Assembly (NCBI RefSeq): GCF_900232105.1 | Contig: NZ_LT934425.1 | Coordinates: forward strand, 3,420,001-3,452,000 | DNA length: 32,000 nucleotides | Reading direction: 5' to 3' | DNA from: Candidatus Kuenenia stuttgartensis | Lineage (GTDB): Bacteria; Planctomycetota; Brocadiia; Brocadiales; Brocadiaceae | Part shown: piece after piece, positions 1 to 8,211 of the stretch | Layout of the letters: every line of letters starts with the position of its first letter | How positions within the stretch are numbered: position 1 is the first letter of the stretch | Notes under the pieces: model-generated | What the model saw: the letters and a program-made list of their open reading frames with translations, nothing else | Database searches by the model: none | What the model was told of the DNA's origin: nothing | Translations under genes and position numbers: made by a program

Positions 1-558
1 CCAGCAATATGCAGACGTAGAATTGTGCTGTGGATGAACTCCATCCATAAAAAGTATCTTATCTCCAGGGGCTTTCTCTTCTTTGAGTTGTTTGTAGTTT
101 TCGATAAATTCTTTTTGTTTTTCAGGGTTTGCTTTGCCTGGAACTATTGTAGTTTTCTTGTAAGTAAAGCCTAATCTATCGAGGGTATGTACCATTCCTT
201 CGGGTGTATAGATTTTATTGAATGTCTGTTTTACATATTCAACAATTTCTTTTGCCGCACTATAGTTGTTTTTCCTGATATGATCTTTTAATTGTTCTTC
301 TTGTTCGCAGGTGAGTTTTGGCACACAGCCAATATAATTGTCAGATAAAAGCCCGTCAAAACCTTTATCTTTGTATAGTTTTTCGTAATTCCTGATTGTT
401 TGATCGTCTAACAAGAGCGCCTCTGCTACTTCTTCATAACTCCATCCTGAATCAAGAAGAAGTATAGCTTTGATTTGGTCGGCATGACGTCTATGAGGCT
501 CTTTCTTATGTGCTTTTTTAAATTCTATTCGGGTTTTTTCACTGAGAAATGGATTCAT
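1..558 (-). CDS. IS630-family transposase, partial (runs off the left edge)
   Basis: Reverse complement from ATG at 558 is open to position 1: MNPFLSEKTRIEFKKAHKKEPHRRHADQIKAILLLDSGWSYEEVAEALLLDDQTIRNYEKLYKDKGFDGLLSDNYIG...KILFMDGVHPQHNSTSAYCW. It has an N-terminal HTH and the start of a DDE domain (FMDGVHPQHN). Not in the ORF track because it is edge-open. Confidence 0.85.
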   Translation of the reverse strand, partial: MNPFLSEKTRIEFKKAHKKEPHRRHADQIKAILLLDSGWSYEEVAEALLLDDQTIRNYEKLYKDKGFDGLLSDNYIGCVPKLTCEQEEQLKDHIRKNNYSAAKEIVEYVKQTFNKIYTPEGMVHTLDRLGFTYKKTTIVPGKANPEKQKEFIENYKQLKEEKAPGDKILFMDGVHPQHNSTSAYCW

Positions 559-629
559 GCAGAATTTAATACTCTAGAAACAATTCAAATGCAAGAAAAA
601 AACAGGTTCTTCTAAAAATAAATGCTTTT

Positions 630-1019
630 TACTATAATTCTCAAGCCCTTGAAGATACGAAGTACGCGACCCAAAAGCCCGAAGCCCTGCTCGAACGTAT
701 TATAAAGGCATCCTCCAACGAAAACGACATCGTTGCGGATTTTTTCTGCGGTTCCGGCACCACGCCGGCTGTGGCCGAAAAACTGGGGCGTAAGTGGATC
801 GGCGCAGACCTAGGCAAGTTTGCTATCCATACCACCCGCAAGCGCATGATTGGCGTTCAGCGTCAGCTTAAAGAAGATGGCAAGGACTTCCGCGCCTTTG
901 AGATACTCAACCTCGGTAAGTACGAGCGGGCGCATTACATCGGCGTTTCCTCATTTATTGAACCGCGAATAGACGCTAATGGACGCAAATCAAAACAAAA
1001 AGACATTAGCGTTAATTCG
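630..1019 (+). pseudogene. mod: Type III RM DNA methyltransferase (Mod), interrupted 5' exon fragment
   Basis: Frame through 630: [80 protein letters not shown]. Contains the SAM-binding DFFCGSGTT motif. The N-terminal part with the catalytic DPPY motif is absent next to the IS630 ORF. Confidence 0.8.
961..1019 (+). repeat. Palindromic element copy in mod, 5' portion (3' portion continues after the intron at about 3038-3052)
   Basis: aaccgcgaatagacgctaatggacgcaaat...cattagcgttaattcg | intron | cgttcattagcggtt. The joined right arm is an imperfect reverse complement of the left arm. Confidence 0.75.
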
Positions 1020-3037
1020 GTACGCCAAGAAGCGTATATATATCAGTTGGTGCAAATCCAACCCGCCAATTGACCGTTCGGGCGGTAGTGAAAGAGGCAG
1101 AAAACCTCACGGGAGAACGTAAACAGCGATGAATACGTTCGAGTCCCCTGTAGCGAGCAGTCAGACCGTAGCGCAAGCGAACACGCAGGCTTCGTTACGC
1201 TAAAAATACGATAGATGAGCCTCCCGGATTGGGCGAAATCTGTAATCGCATAGGTAGAAAGAGACAAACGGTAGAACTATGCGGTGTCGTCGGAGTTGAG
1301 AGTGACGGTATGACTGTAAAAGGTATATATATGAACTTGGGAGGTCTCATTGTTCAGGTTGATGACCGTAACGCATACTATAAGGGAAGCCGAAGGGTAT
1401 AGCGGGATAATGAGAAGTCGGAGATGCCCATAGTAGTGAAGATGGTGAAGACAACATAACTTCACCGTAGCGAAGGGGCATTACTTCAGTTAACGTTTAC
1501 AAAGAAAGGAGGAAATTGTATTGGGAGACCTACAAGCAATACCGAAATCGCAAATGAGCGATGATGAAAGAGTCCGAGACTTTCAGCGTAAACTATATCG
1601 AAAAGCCAAACAGGAAGAAGGATTTCGCTTTTATGTATTGTATGACAAGGTGAGAATGTTGCATTTTTTGAGAGAGGCGTACAAGCGCTGCAAAGCCAAT
1701 GGAGGAAGCGCCGGGGCAGACGGGATTACATTTGAAGATGTGGAGTCATACGGGGTGGAGAAGTTTCTTGGAGAGATAATAGAGGAACTTGAAAACAAAA
1801 CCTACGAACCACAGCCGGTACTGAGAGTGTACATACCTAAAACCAACGGTAAGACACGACCATTGGGAATCCCTGTGATAAAAGACAGGGTAGTGCAGAT
1901 GAGTGTAAAGCTTGTAATAGAGCCGATATTCGAAGCAGACTTTGAAGATAGCTCCTACGGATTCCGACCGGGACGTTCAGCGGGCGATGCTGTGAGGAAA
2001 ATCAAAGAAAAACTGCGAGAAGGGAAAACAGAGGTATTTGACGCAGACCTGAGTTCTTATTTTGACACAATACCGCACAAGGAATTGTTACTGTTAATAG
2101 GGATGAGGATAAGCGACAAGAACGTACTGCACTTGATAAAAATGTGGTTAAAAGCACCGGTGATAGAGGAAGGCAAACCAGGAGGCGGGAGGAAAAATAA
2201 GATAGGAACACCGCAGGGAAGCGTAATATCACCATTATTAGCAAACATATATCTGCACATGCTCGACAAAGCAGTCAATAGAGAGAATGGGGTTTTCTAT
2301 AAGTATGGGATAACAATCATACGTTATGCGGATGATTGGGTATTGATGGCAAAGCGAATACCTCGTGAAGCATTAGACTATCTCAACAGGTTGTTAAAGA
2401 AGTTAAAGCTGAGTCTTAACGAGGATAAGAGTAAAATAGTAAAAGCTGAAGAAGAGAGCTTTGACTTTCTCGGACATACCATATCCTTCTCAGAAGATTT
2501 GTTTGGTAGGAAACACAAGAAATACTGGAACATAGAACCAAGCAGGAAATCACAGAAGAAGGTTAGGGAAAAGATAGGAAACTACCTAAAGAGCAATGGG
2601 CATAAAGCGGCGGAAAAAGTAGCTAATGAACTGAATGCAATAACAAGAGGATGGATAAATTACTTCACAATAAAGGGAGTAACGTATCCAAACAAGGCGA
2701 AAAGAGACCTACGATATTATCTTTTCAGGAGATTAACGAGATATTATAAGAGGAAAAGTCAGCGCAGGAGCAAGCTCTATAATCGAGGAGCGTTTAAGGA
2801 ATTAGTCAATAGATATTGACTAATAGACCCGACAAAATATGTTCCTGCCAGACAACCTGTGAAAGCTTAAGAAGAAGACTGTCGGAAAGCCGTGTGCGGG
2901 AAAATTGCATGCACGGTTTGACGAGGGGGGCAGATGATAAGTATATGGCGGAGATATGGTGGCACTGGCGGGAAACCAGCCAGCAAACAGAGAAAACAAA
3001 CTTCTGCCTAAGTTCTAGTCGTCTGTTTCTACTCTAC
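1020..3037 (+). mobile_element. Group II intron (about 2.0 kb) with intron-encoded protein
   Basis: 5' end GTACGCC at 1020. Maturase ORF at 1521-2819. Domain V-like hairpin aagccgtgtgcgggaaaattgcatgcacggttt at about 2887-2919. Putative domain VI stem cagatgat (2931-2938) pairs with gtcgtctg (3018-3025) allowing G-U pairs, followed by ...tttctactctac ending at 3037. Both proposed junctions fall on mod codon boundaries. Confidence 0.8.
1521..2819 (+). CDS. ltrA: Group II intron reverse transcriptase/maturase
   Basis: 432 aa with RT motifs GADGITFEDVE, RPLGIPVIKDRVVQ, SYGFRPGRSA, GTPQGSVISPLLANIYLH and YADDWVLM, plus a maturase-type tail (GWINYFTIKG). No HNH endonuclease motif seen at the C-terminus. 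Confidence 0.95.
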   Translation: MGDLQAIPKSQMSDDERVRDFQRKLYRKAKQEEGFRFYVLYDKVRMLHFLREAYKRCKANGGSAGADGITFEDVESYGVEKFLGEIIEELENKTYEPQPVLRVYIPKTNGKTRPLGIPVIKDRVVQMSVKLVIEPIFEADFEDSSYGFRPGRSAGDAVRKIKEKLREGKTEVFDADLSSYFDTIPHKELLLLIGMRISDKNVLHLIKMWLKAPVIEEGKPGGGRKNKIGTPQGSVISPLLANIYLHMLDKAVNRENGVFYKYGITIIRYADDWVLMAKRIPREALDYLNRLLKKLKLSLNEDKSKIVKAEEESFDFLGHTISFSEDLFGRKHKKYWNIEPSRKSQKKVREKIGNYLKSNGHKAAEKVANELNAITRGWINYFTIKGVTYPNKAKRDLRYYLFRRLTRYYKRKSQRRSKLYNRGAFKELVNRY

Positions 3038-3958
3038 CGTTCATTAGCGGTTACTGATCTTTCCCGCGAAGAAATGAAGCGTCGAATCATTGAGCAGAAG
3101 GAAAAGGACTTTATCGCCCTGATTCTCAAAGCCTACAAGGCCGAGACGGTGGATAACTTCAGGTGCTTCCACGGCAAGAAGGCAGGGCGTATTGTCGCAG
3201 TGGGTCCGGTCAATCTGCCTGTCACCCGTTTGTTTGTGGAAGAAATCATCCTCGAATGCCGCGAAAAGCGCATCAGCCGTGTGGACATCCTTGCCTTTGA
3301 GTTTGAGATGGGTCTTTTCCCCAACATTCAGGAAGAAGCCAAGTCCAAGGGCATCGACCTTGCACTCAAATACATTCCCCGCGAGGTCTTTGATAAACGC
3401 GCCATCGAAAAAAATCAAATCGTCTTCCATGATGTTTCATATATCGAAGTCAAGCCTCATGTGAAAAAGAACAGCATCGCAGTTGAACTAACCGATTTTT
3501 CCGTATTCTACAATCAGGATACGGTGAACAACGCCGCTGCTTCACTCGGCAACGGCAAGAACAAGATCGTTGTGGAATGCGGCAAGATCATTAAGGTTTC
3601 AAAAGACAAGGATGGCATCGTTACCCGCGATGTCCTCACTAAAAAATGGATGGACTGGATTGACTACTGGAGCGTGGATTTTAACTTCGAATCCAAGCGT
3701 GAGATTGTCCGCACAAAAAATGAAGCTACCGGAGAAATGGAGGAGGTGTGGACGGGCGACTTTATATTTGAAAACGAATGGCAATCGTTCCGCACAAAGA
3801 AAGACCGGTCGCTGGAACTAAAAACATCATTTCACGACTGCCAGCCCGGACGGTATAAAATTGCCGTCAAGGTGGTGGATATTTTCGGGAACGACACCAT
3901 GAAGATTATTGATGTCAGCGTGGGGGGGGAAATAATAGGGAAGATCGAAATTAATTAG
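2816..3958 (+). CDS. mod: Type III RM DNA methyltransferase (Mod), C-terminal part; exon sequence begins at about 3038
   Basis: DLSREEMKRRIIEQKEKDFIALILKAYKAETVDNFRCFHGKKAGRIVAVGPVNLPVTRLFVEEIILECREKRISRVDILAFEFEMGLF... resembles the conserved Mod C-terminus. Residues before about 3038 are intron sequence read through. Confidence 0.8.
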   Translation: MTNRPDKICSCQTTCESLRRRLSESRVRENCMHGLTRGADDKYMAEIWWHWRETSQQTEKTNFCLSSSRLFLLYRSLAVTDLSREEMKRRIIEQKEKDFIALILKAYKAETVDNFRCFHGKKAGRIVAVGPVNLPVTRLFVEEIILECREKRISRVDILAFEFEMGLFPNIQEEAKSKGIDLALKYIPREVFDKRAIEKNQIVFHDVSYIEVKPHVKKNSIAVELTDFSVFYNQDTVNNAAASLGNGKNKIVVECGKIIKVSKDKDGIVTRDVLTKKWMDWIDYWSVDFNFESKREIVRTKNEATGEMEEVWTGDFIFENEWQSFRTKKDRSLELKTSFHDCQPGRYKIAVKVVDIFGNDTMKIIDVSVGGEIIGKIEIN

Positions 3959-3998
3959 GGCGAATTTGCCATAATTAAAAGGCATGAAGGATATTAAC

Positions 3999-4190
3999 AT
4001 GACAAAAATCAATGTTTTAGACAAAGACAGCACAATTTATGTATAAAATGATGAGGATTATATCTGCCTGACGGATATGGCCAGGTACAAAGACCCTGAT
4101 CCTACAGATTACATTATCCAGAATTGGCTTGCAGCCGTACAACGATTGAGTTTTTGGGAATTTGGGAAAAATTGAATAACCCGGAGTTTA
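3999..4190 (+). pseudogene. KilA-N domain protein remnant
   Basis: MTKINVLDKDSTIYV*NDEDYICLTDMARYKDPDPTDYIIQNWL.. has an in-frame stop and later frame loss. Similar to the ORF at 4253. Confidence 0.6.
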
Positions 4191-4252
4191 AAACCCGTCG
4201 AATTCAACGGGTTTAGAAAGTTTGATCATAATTCCACAAACAGGAGATTGCA

Positions 4253-4534
4253 ATGGCAGAGAAAATATCTGTACAGGGCAATGAAATTAGCATCATCTCA
4301 AGGGAGCAAGAGGATTATATTTCATTGACCGATATCGCCAAATATCGAAACAAACAAGAACCATTTGCGATTATCAATAATTGGATGCGAAATAGAAGCA
4401 CGATTGAGTTCCTGGGTTTGTGGGAAAAGTTAAGCAATCTCGATTTTAAACCTCTCGAATTCGAGAGGTTTAAAAGTGAAGCCGGAAGTAATTACTTTGT
4501 TCTGTCGCCTCAAAGCAGGGCGAACGGCTCGTAA
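4253..4534 (+). CDS. KilA-N domain protein, truncated
   Basis: SREQEDYISLTDIAKYRNKQEPFAIINNWMRNRSTIEFLGLWEKLSNLDFKPLEFERFKSEAGSNYFVLSPQ is KilA-N-like. The similarity stops after LSPQ, shortly before the IS end. Confidence 0.7.
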   Translation: MAEKISVQGNEISIISREQEDYISLTDIAKYRNKQEPFAIINNWMRNRSTIEFLGLWEKLSNLDFKPLEFERFKSEAGSNYFVLSPQSRANGS

Positions 4535-4569
4535 ATCTGAATAAAATCGCCATTCAACAGATGAAACTC

Positions 4570-6581
4570 CTAGCGTGAGTTTATCACAAAATAAGGCATG
4601 AAGCAACGTAACATAAATACAGTCAATGCGTTAAGCACAACATCAATTGTATACACTGAGTCCTTGAAGTTTCAGCCGATGTTTGTGGAAATCCATAATG
4701 CCTAACGCATTCATCAACAGAGATTCCTTGTCGGACATTTCTTCCAATTTGTAGGTAGCCTTAACTCTCCCTCTGGCCTTTGTTTCTTCAAGCATAGCAG
4801 AAAGCCTTATATTATTAAGGGTGTCTAACAGGGTATCTAACGTTCCACTAAATTGTGCGTGCGCTTTTGCCTGATACCACACAATCGCCGCCATTAGGTA
4901 TCCGAGGACGCAAATAAAAAAATGCACCCTGATTTTCTGATCCGTCCAGTGAAATTGCGGTTTTAAAGCAAGGTGATAGGGGTTCTTGAGATTTCTAAAG
5001 GCATGTTCAATTTTTGATTGCCCATAGTAGGCTTTTATAATGTCCGCGGTATCCCAATCGTGATGGTCTGTCATAAGAATCCTGAACCCCAGTTCCCCTT
5101 CTATTTCTTCGAGCTTTTTCTGGTCGATTGAAAAATTCAATTGAAACTTGCCTTCAGATACCTCTTTTAACGACCAATCGATAACATCCTTCGCAAATTG
5201 ACATTTCACTACACTTCTTATCGTATCCTCCAGACCCTCTTTGTCCCGCATCTTTCCCTTTGGATTACACAGATGCTGCTGTAAGAGCTTTAACTGATGT
5301 TCTGCCTTTTCCAGAGACTGAGACATTCCCCTTAATTGCCCAACCTTTAATTTCTCGGAAATAAATACGACAACGGTTCTTTCCTGCCCCCAAATAACCC
5401 GTTTGTCATGGTACACCTGTATCTTACTGCCGTCAACGTCATATTCCCTGAAATTACACATGGCATCCCCTACCAACTGCTTGTGATGATACGGTGTAAG
5501 CGCTCCAACGTAATGCAATGCCAATCTCTCTACAATAGCCATATTGTCCATGGAATTGTTTCCACGATCAAAAACAATAGTGTGCTTTTTGCTGTCGAAA
5601 CCTAATCCGGTCATCCTGTCTTTTATCGTCTCAAGAACCGCGCTGAACACCTTTGCATCCGCCATGTTCCCCTGATAGGTATGGTGAAACAACGGTATCA
5701 TGTCGTTACGTGTAACGACCATCGCCAACCCGACCTGCCTGAGATCGTATCGCTTTTGTTTGTTTTTCCCCCGCCGGGCAATAGTGCATCGCAGATTAGT
5801 TGTGTCGATATACGTGAAAAAATTGGTTGTATCAAAAAACAGTGTGTCGCTTTGAAGGTTGTATGTTTTAAATGTCTTTTCAATTAATTCGCGCTCGATT
5901 TCTGCAATGGATTCTTCAGGAAGTGCATCCATCAAATCCCAGAAATGCTGACTGTCTATTTTACTCAAGCTGTGTCTGAGTAAGTATTCGGCAGTAGTCG
6001 TCTTTGCCCAATCCCACCATCCTCTTTTGCTGGTAGGCACACACACTCTCCCCACGGCACCCAACAAGAGGGTACTTCCGGCGGTCAGATTATTTCGAAC
6101 AGGTTTTTTAGCACAATACTGCCGTGGCGACTTTATATATTTATTAATCACGGAAGGGACGTCCAGGGCATTGGCCACACTTAGCAATGCGGCTACCGCG
6201 CCATGTGAATAAGATTTGAGCCGTAATTTTTCGGTAAGACCTTGCAGTTGTTTTAATAAATCGTCTGCCTTGCCAAGATAGGCCAGGACGATGGGCCTGG
6301 GCTTGCCGTTAACGCGCCGCGATTCGACAATATACCAATATTTATAACCTCTGGAGTTTTTAGATTGAATGGTAGCCATGGCTATTAGTTGTTAGTGTAT
6401 ACGTAATAGATTAATACTCCGTGTATAATAGTATATACAGGCATATAATGCAATATAAATATAGTATTATTCAGTGTATACATAATTTTTTAGACAAAAA
6501 AAGTCGCAACCCGATACAAATCATTGGATTGCAACTTGATGTCTTTGTCTTACACCTTATTTCGTGATAAACTCACGCTAG
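4570..6581 (-). mobile_element. IS1634-like (IS4-superfamily) insertion sequence
   Basis: Terminal inverted repeats: left ctagcgtgagtttatcacaaaataagg (4570-) and right (reverse complement) ctagcgtgagtttatcacgaaataagg (ending 6581), enclosing one transposase ORF. Confidence 0.85.
4643..6379 (-). CDS. IS1634-family transposase
   Basis: 578 aa: MATIQSKNSRGYKYWYIVESRRVNGKPRPIVLAYLGKADDLL..., LFFDTTNFFTY, FDRGNNSMDNM, YYGQSKIEHAFRNLKNPYHLALKPQFHWTDQKIRVHFFICVLGYLMA. Confidence 0.85.
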   Translation of the reverse strand: MATIQSKNSRGYKYWYIVESRRVNGKPRPIVLAYLGKADDLLKQLQGLTEKLRLKSYSHGAVAALLSVANALDVPSVINKYIKSPRQYCAKKPVRNNLTAGSTLLLGAVGRVCVPTSKRGWWDWAKTTTAEYLLRHSLSKIDSQHFWDLMDALPEESIAEIERELIEKTFKTYNLQSDTLFFDTTNFFTYIDTTNLRCTIARRGKNKQKRYDLRQVGLAMVVTRNDMIPLFHHTYQGNMADAKVFSAVLETIKDRMTGLGFDSKKHTIVFDRGNNSMDNMAIVERLALHYVGALTPYHHKQLVGDAMCNFREYDVDGSKIQVYHDKRVIWGQERTVVVFISEKLKVGQLRGMSQSLEKAEHQLKLLQQHLCNPKGKMRDKEGLEDTIRSVVKCQFAKDVIDWSLKEVSEGKFQLNFSIDQKKLEEIEGELGFRILMTDHHDWDTADIIKAYYGQSKIEHAFRNLKNPYHLALKPQFHWTDQKIRVHFFICVLGYLMAAIVWYQAKAHAQFSGTLDTLLDTLNNIRLSAMLEETKARGRVKATYKLEEMSDKESLLMNALGIMDFHKHRLKLQGLSVYN

Positions 6582-6617
6582 CCGATGACAGGGGTATTAA
6601 AAAACTCAAAGATATAG

Positions 6618-6651
6618 GAACCGCCAATGGACGCTAATGAACGCGAATGGA
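6618..6651 (+). repeat. Half-copy of the 10-nt-modular palindromic element
   Basis: ggaaccgccaatggacgctaatgaacgcgaatgg; near-identical to 7030-7062 and to the arm at 961-990. Confidence 0.75.
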
Positions 6652-6923
6652 ATAATGAATTACTTTTTAAAAATGAGGTTTTCAAGATAATTGGAGCGGG
6701 AATGGCTGTCTCGAATACGCTTGGATGCGGTTTTCTTGAGGCGGTATATCAAGAAGTTATGGAAATAGAATTGGAAGAAAATGGAATTCCTTTTGAACCG
6801 CAAAAAAGAATACAAATTTCATATAAAGACAGAATTTTAAAAAAAGAATATGTAGCTGATTTTTTATGTTTTGAGAAGATAATCGTTGAAATCAAGGCTA
6901 TAAAAAAAATAACTGAAAATTGA
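6627..6923 (+). CDS. GxxExxY protein, C-terminally frameshifted
   Basis: GAGMAVSNTLGCGFLEAVYQEVMEIELEENGIPFEPQKRIQISYKDRILKKEYVADFLCFEKIIVEIKAIKKITEN*. Removing one A at about 6914-6920 restores ITEIEEAQLLNYLNATKLPLGLIVNFGGKKLEWKRYANTKGTANER*. Confidence 0.8.
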   Translation: MDANEREWNNELLFKNEVFKIIGAGMAVSNTLGCGFLEAVYQEVMEIELEENGIPFEPQKRIQISYKDRILKKEYVADFLCFEKIIVEIKAIKKITEN

Positions 6924-7031
6924 AGAAGCTCAACTGCTTAACTATCTAAATGCAACAAAATTGCCGCTGGGACTAATTGTAAACTTCGGCGGTAAAAAAC
7001 TTGAATGGAAAAGATATGCAAATACAAAAGG

Positions 7032-7104
7032 AACCGCTAATGAACGCTAATGAACGCGAATACGAATATTTTTTATTAGCGTCCATTCGCGTGTATTCGC
7101 GGTT
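7032..7104 (+). repeat. Complete palindromic copy of the 10-nt-modular element
   Basis: Left arm aaccgctaatgaacgctaatgaacgcgaatacg and right arm attagcgtccattcgcgtgtattcgcggtt (7075-7104) are imperfect reverse complements. Confidence 0.85.
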
Positions 7105-7122
7105 AACCCGGAGAGATGATTA

Positions 7123-8211
7123 ATGGCAATTCATCCTTCTTTCCCCACATCCCCATACGAAATACTCAATCCGGAATATCGCTGGTTTCCGGCGGATGAA
7201 ACCTTGCGAGAGACAAGCTACGAAAAGCTGCTGCCGCCTCTCGTTTCCAAAATTCGCAAAGAAGTTAAAGCATGGCGAGACAATTATTATGAAGGGGCTT
7301 CTGCAACATCTAAAGCCCTGCTTTCGTGGTGGTTTCACACGGAGCATATACTTCCCGGGGCTGACGGGATGATGGTTGAATTCCGGTATTACTTTGCCCA
7401 GCGGGAAGCCATCGAGACCGTCATTTACCTCTACGAAGTCGCCAAGGTCAAAGATAAGTATGACCTGATCCGCTATGACTCCTCCGGTGCGGTATCGACC
7501 GGCATGTTCGATGAGGAATGGCTCCGCCTTGTGATAAAAATGGCGACCGGAAGCGGGAAGACCAAGGTTATGAGTCTCATAATAACATGGTGCTATTTCC
7601 ATAAACTCTACGAAGCATATTCAAAACTTTCCACCAACTTTCTTGTCATTGCCCCAAACATCATTGTCCTTGACCGCCTGCGTGCCGACTTTGACGGCTT
7701 AAAAATCTTCTGGAATGATCCTCTGTTGCCCGACAACGGCTACGAAGGGCAGAACTGGCAGGATGATTTCCAGATGACCCTGCATATCCAGGATGATGTT
7801 TCTATTATTCGTAAATCAGGCAACCTCTTTCTGACCAACATTCACCGCGTCTATGCCGGAAATGATATTGAACCGAGTTTTGAAGACGAAAATCTTGAGG
7901 ATTATTTTCTCGGCAAGCGTCCGTCCGGTAAAACTACCGATTCAAAGGTTGATCTTGGCGTGATTGTCCGCGAGATTGATGAGATTGTCGTTATTAATGA
8001 TGAAGCTCATCATATACATGACTCGTCCATGACTCGCGGCTGGCGTGGTTTAAATCCATTGAAGATATCCATAACCGGCTCAAACAGAAAGGACATTTTC
8101 TTTCTCTGCAAATCGACGTCACCGCGACGCCGAAGCACAATAACGGCGCAATCTTCGTTCAAACCGTATGCGATTATCCGCTGGTTGAAGCGATTACCCA
8201 AAACGTGGTGA
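7123..8211 (+). CDS. res: Type III restriction enzyme Res subunit, N-terminal part (frameshifted near 8040)
   Basis: VIKMATGSGKTKVMSLIITW (Walker A), IVVINDEAHHIHDSSM (DEAH-type box). Similarity moves to another frame near 8040. Confidence 0.85.
   Translation: MAIHPSFPTSPYEILNPEYRWFPADETLRETSYEKLLPPLVSKIRKEVKAWRDNYYEGASATSKALLSWWFHTEHILPGADGMMVEFRYYFAQREAIETVIYLYEVAKVKDKYDLIRYDSSGAVSTGMFDEEWLRLVIKMATGSGKTKVMSLIITWCYFHKLYEAYSKLSTNFLVIAPNIIVLDRLRADFDGLKIFWNDPLLPDNGYEGQNWQDDFQMTLHIQDDVSIIRKSGNLFLTNIHRVYAGNDIEPSFEDENLEDYFLGKRPSGKTTDSKVDLGVIVREIDEIVVINDEAHHIHDSSMTRGWRGLNPLKISITGSNRKDIFFLCKSTSPRRRSTITAQSSFKPYAIIRWLKRLPKTW

Noticed and set aside
1043-1465. Minus-strand ORFs 1043-1267 and 1277-1465
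   Set aside because: They lie antisense in the structured RNA part of the group II intron and show no recognisable protein signature.
1521-2819. Reverse transcriptase as a retron, DGR or defence-associated RT
   Set aside because: A maturase-type C-terminus, domain V-like hairpin, domain VI-like stem and proper intron ends make it a group II intron-encoded protein. No TR/VR repeats or msr/msd structure noticed.
4570-6581. Target-site duplication for the IS1634-like element
   Set aside because: Flanks just outside the terminal repeats (gaaact / cgatga) do not form a convincing duplication, so the insertion may be followed by rearrangement.
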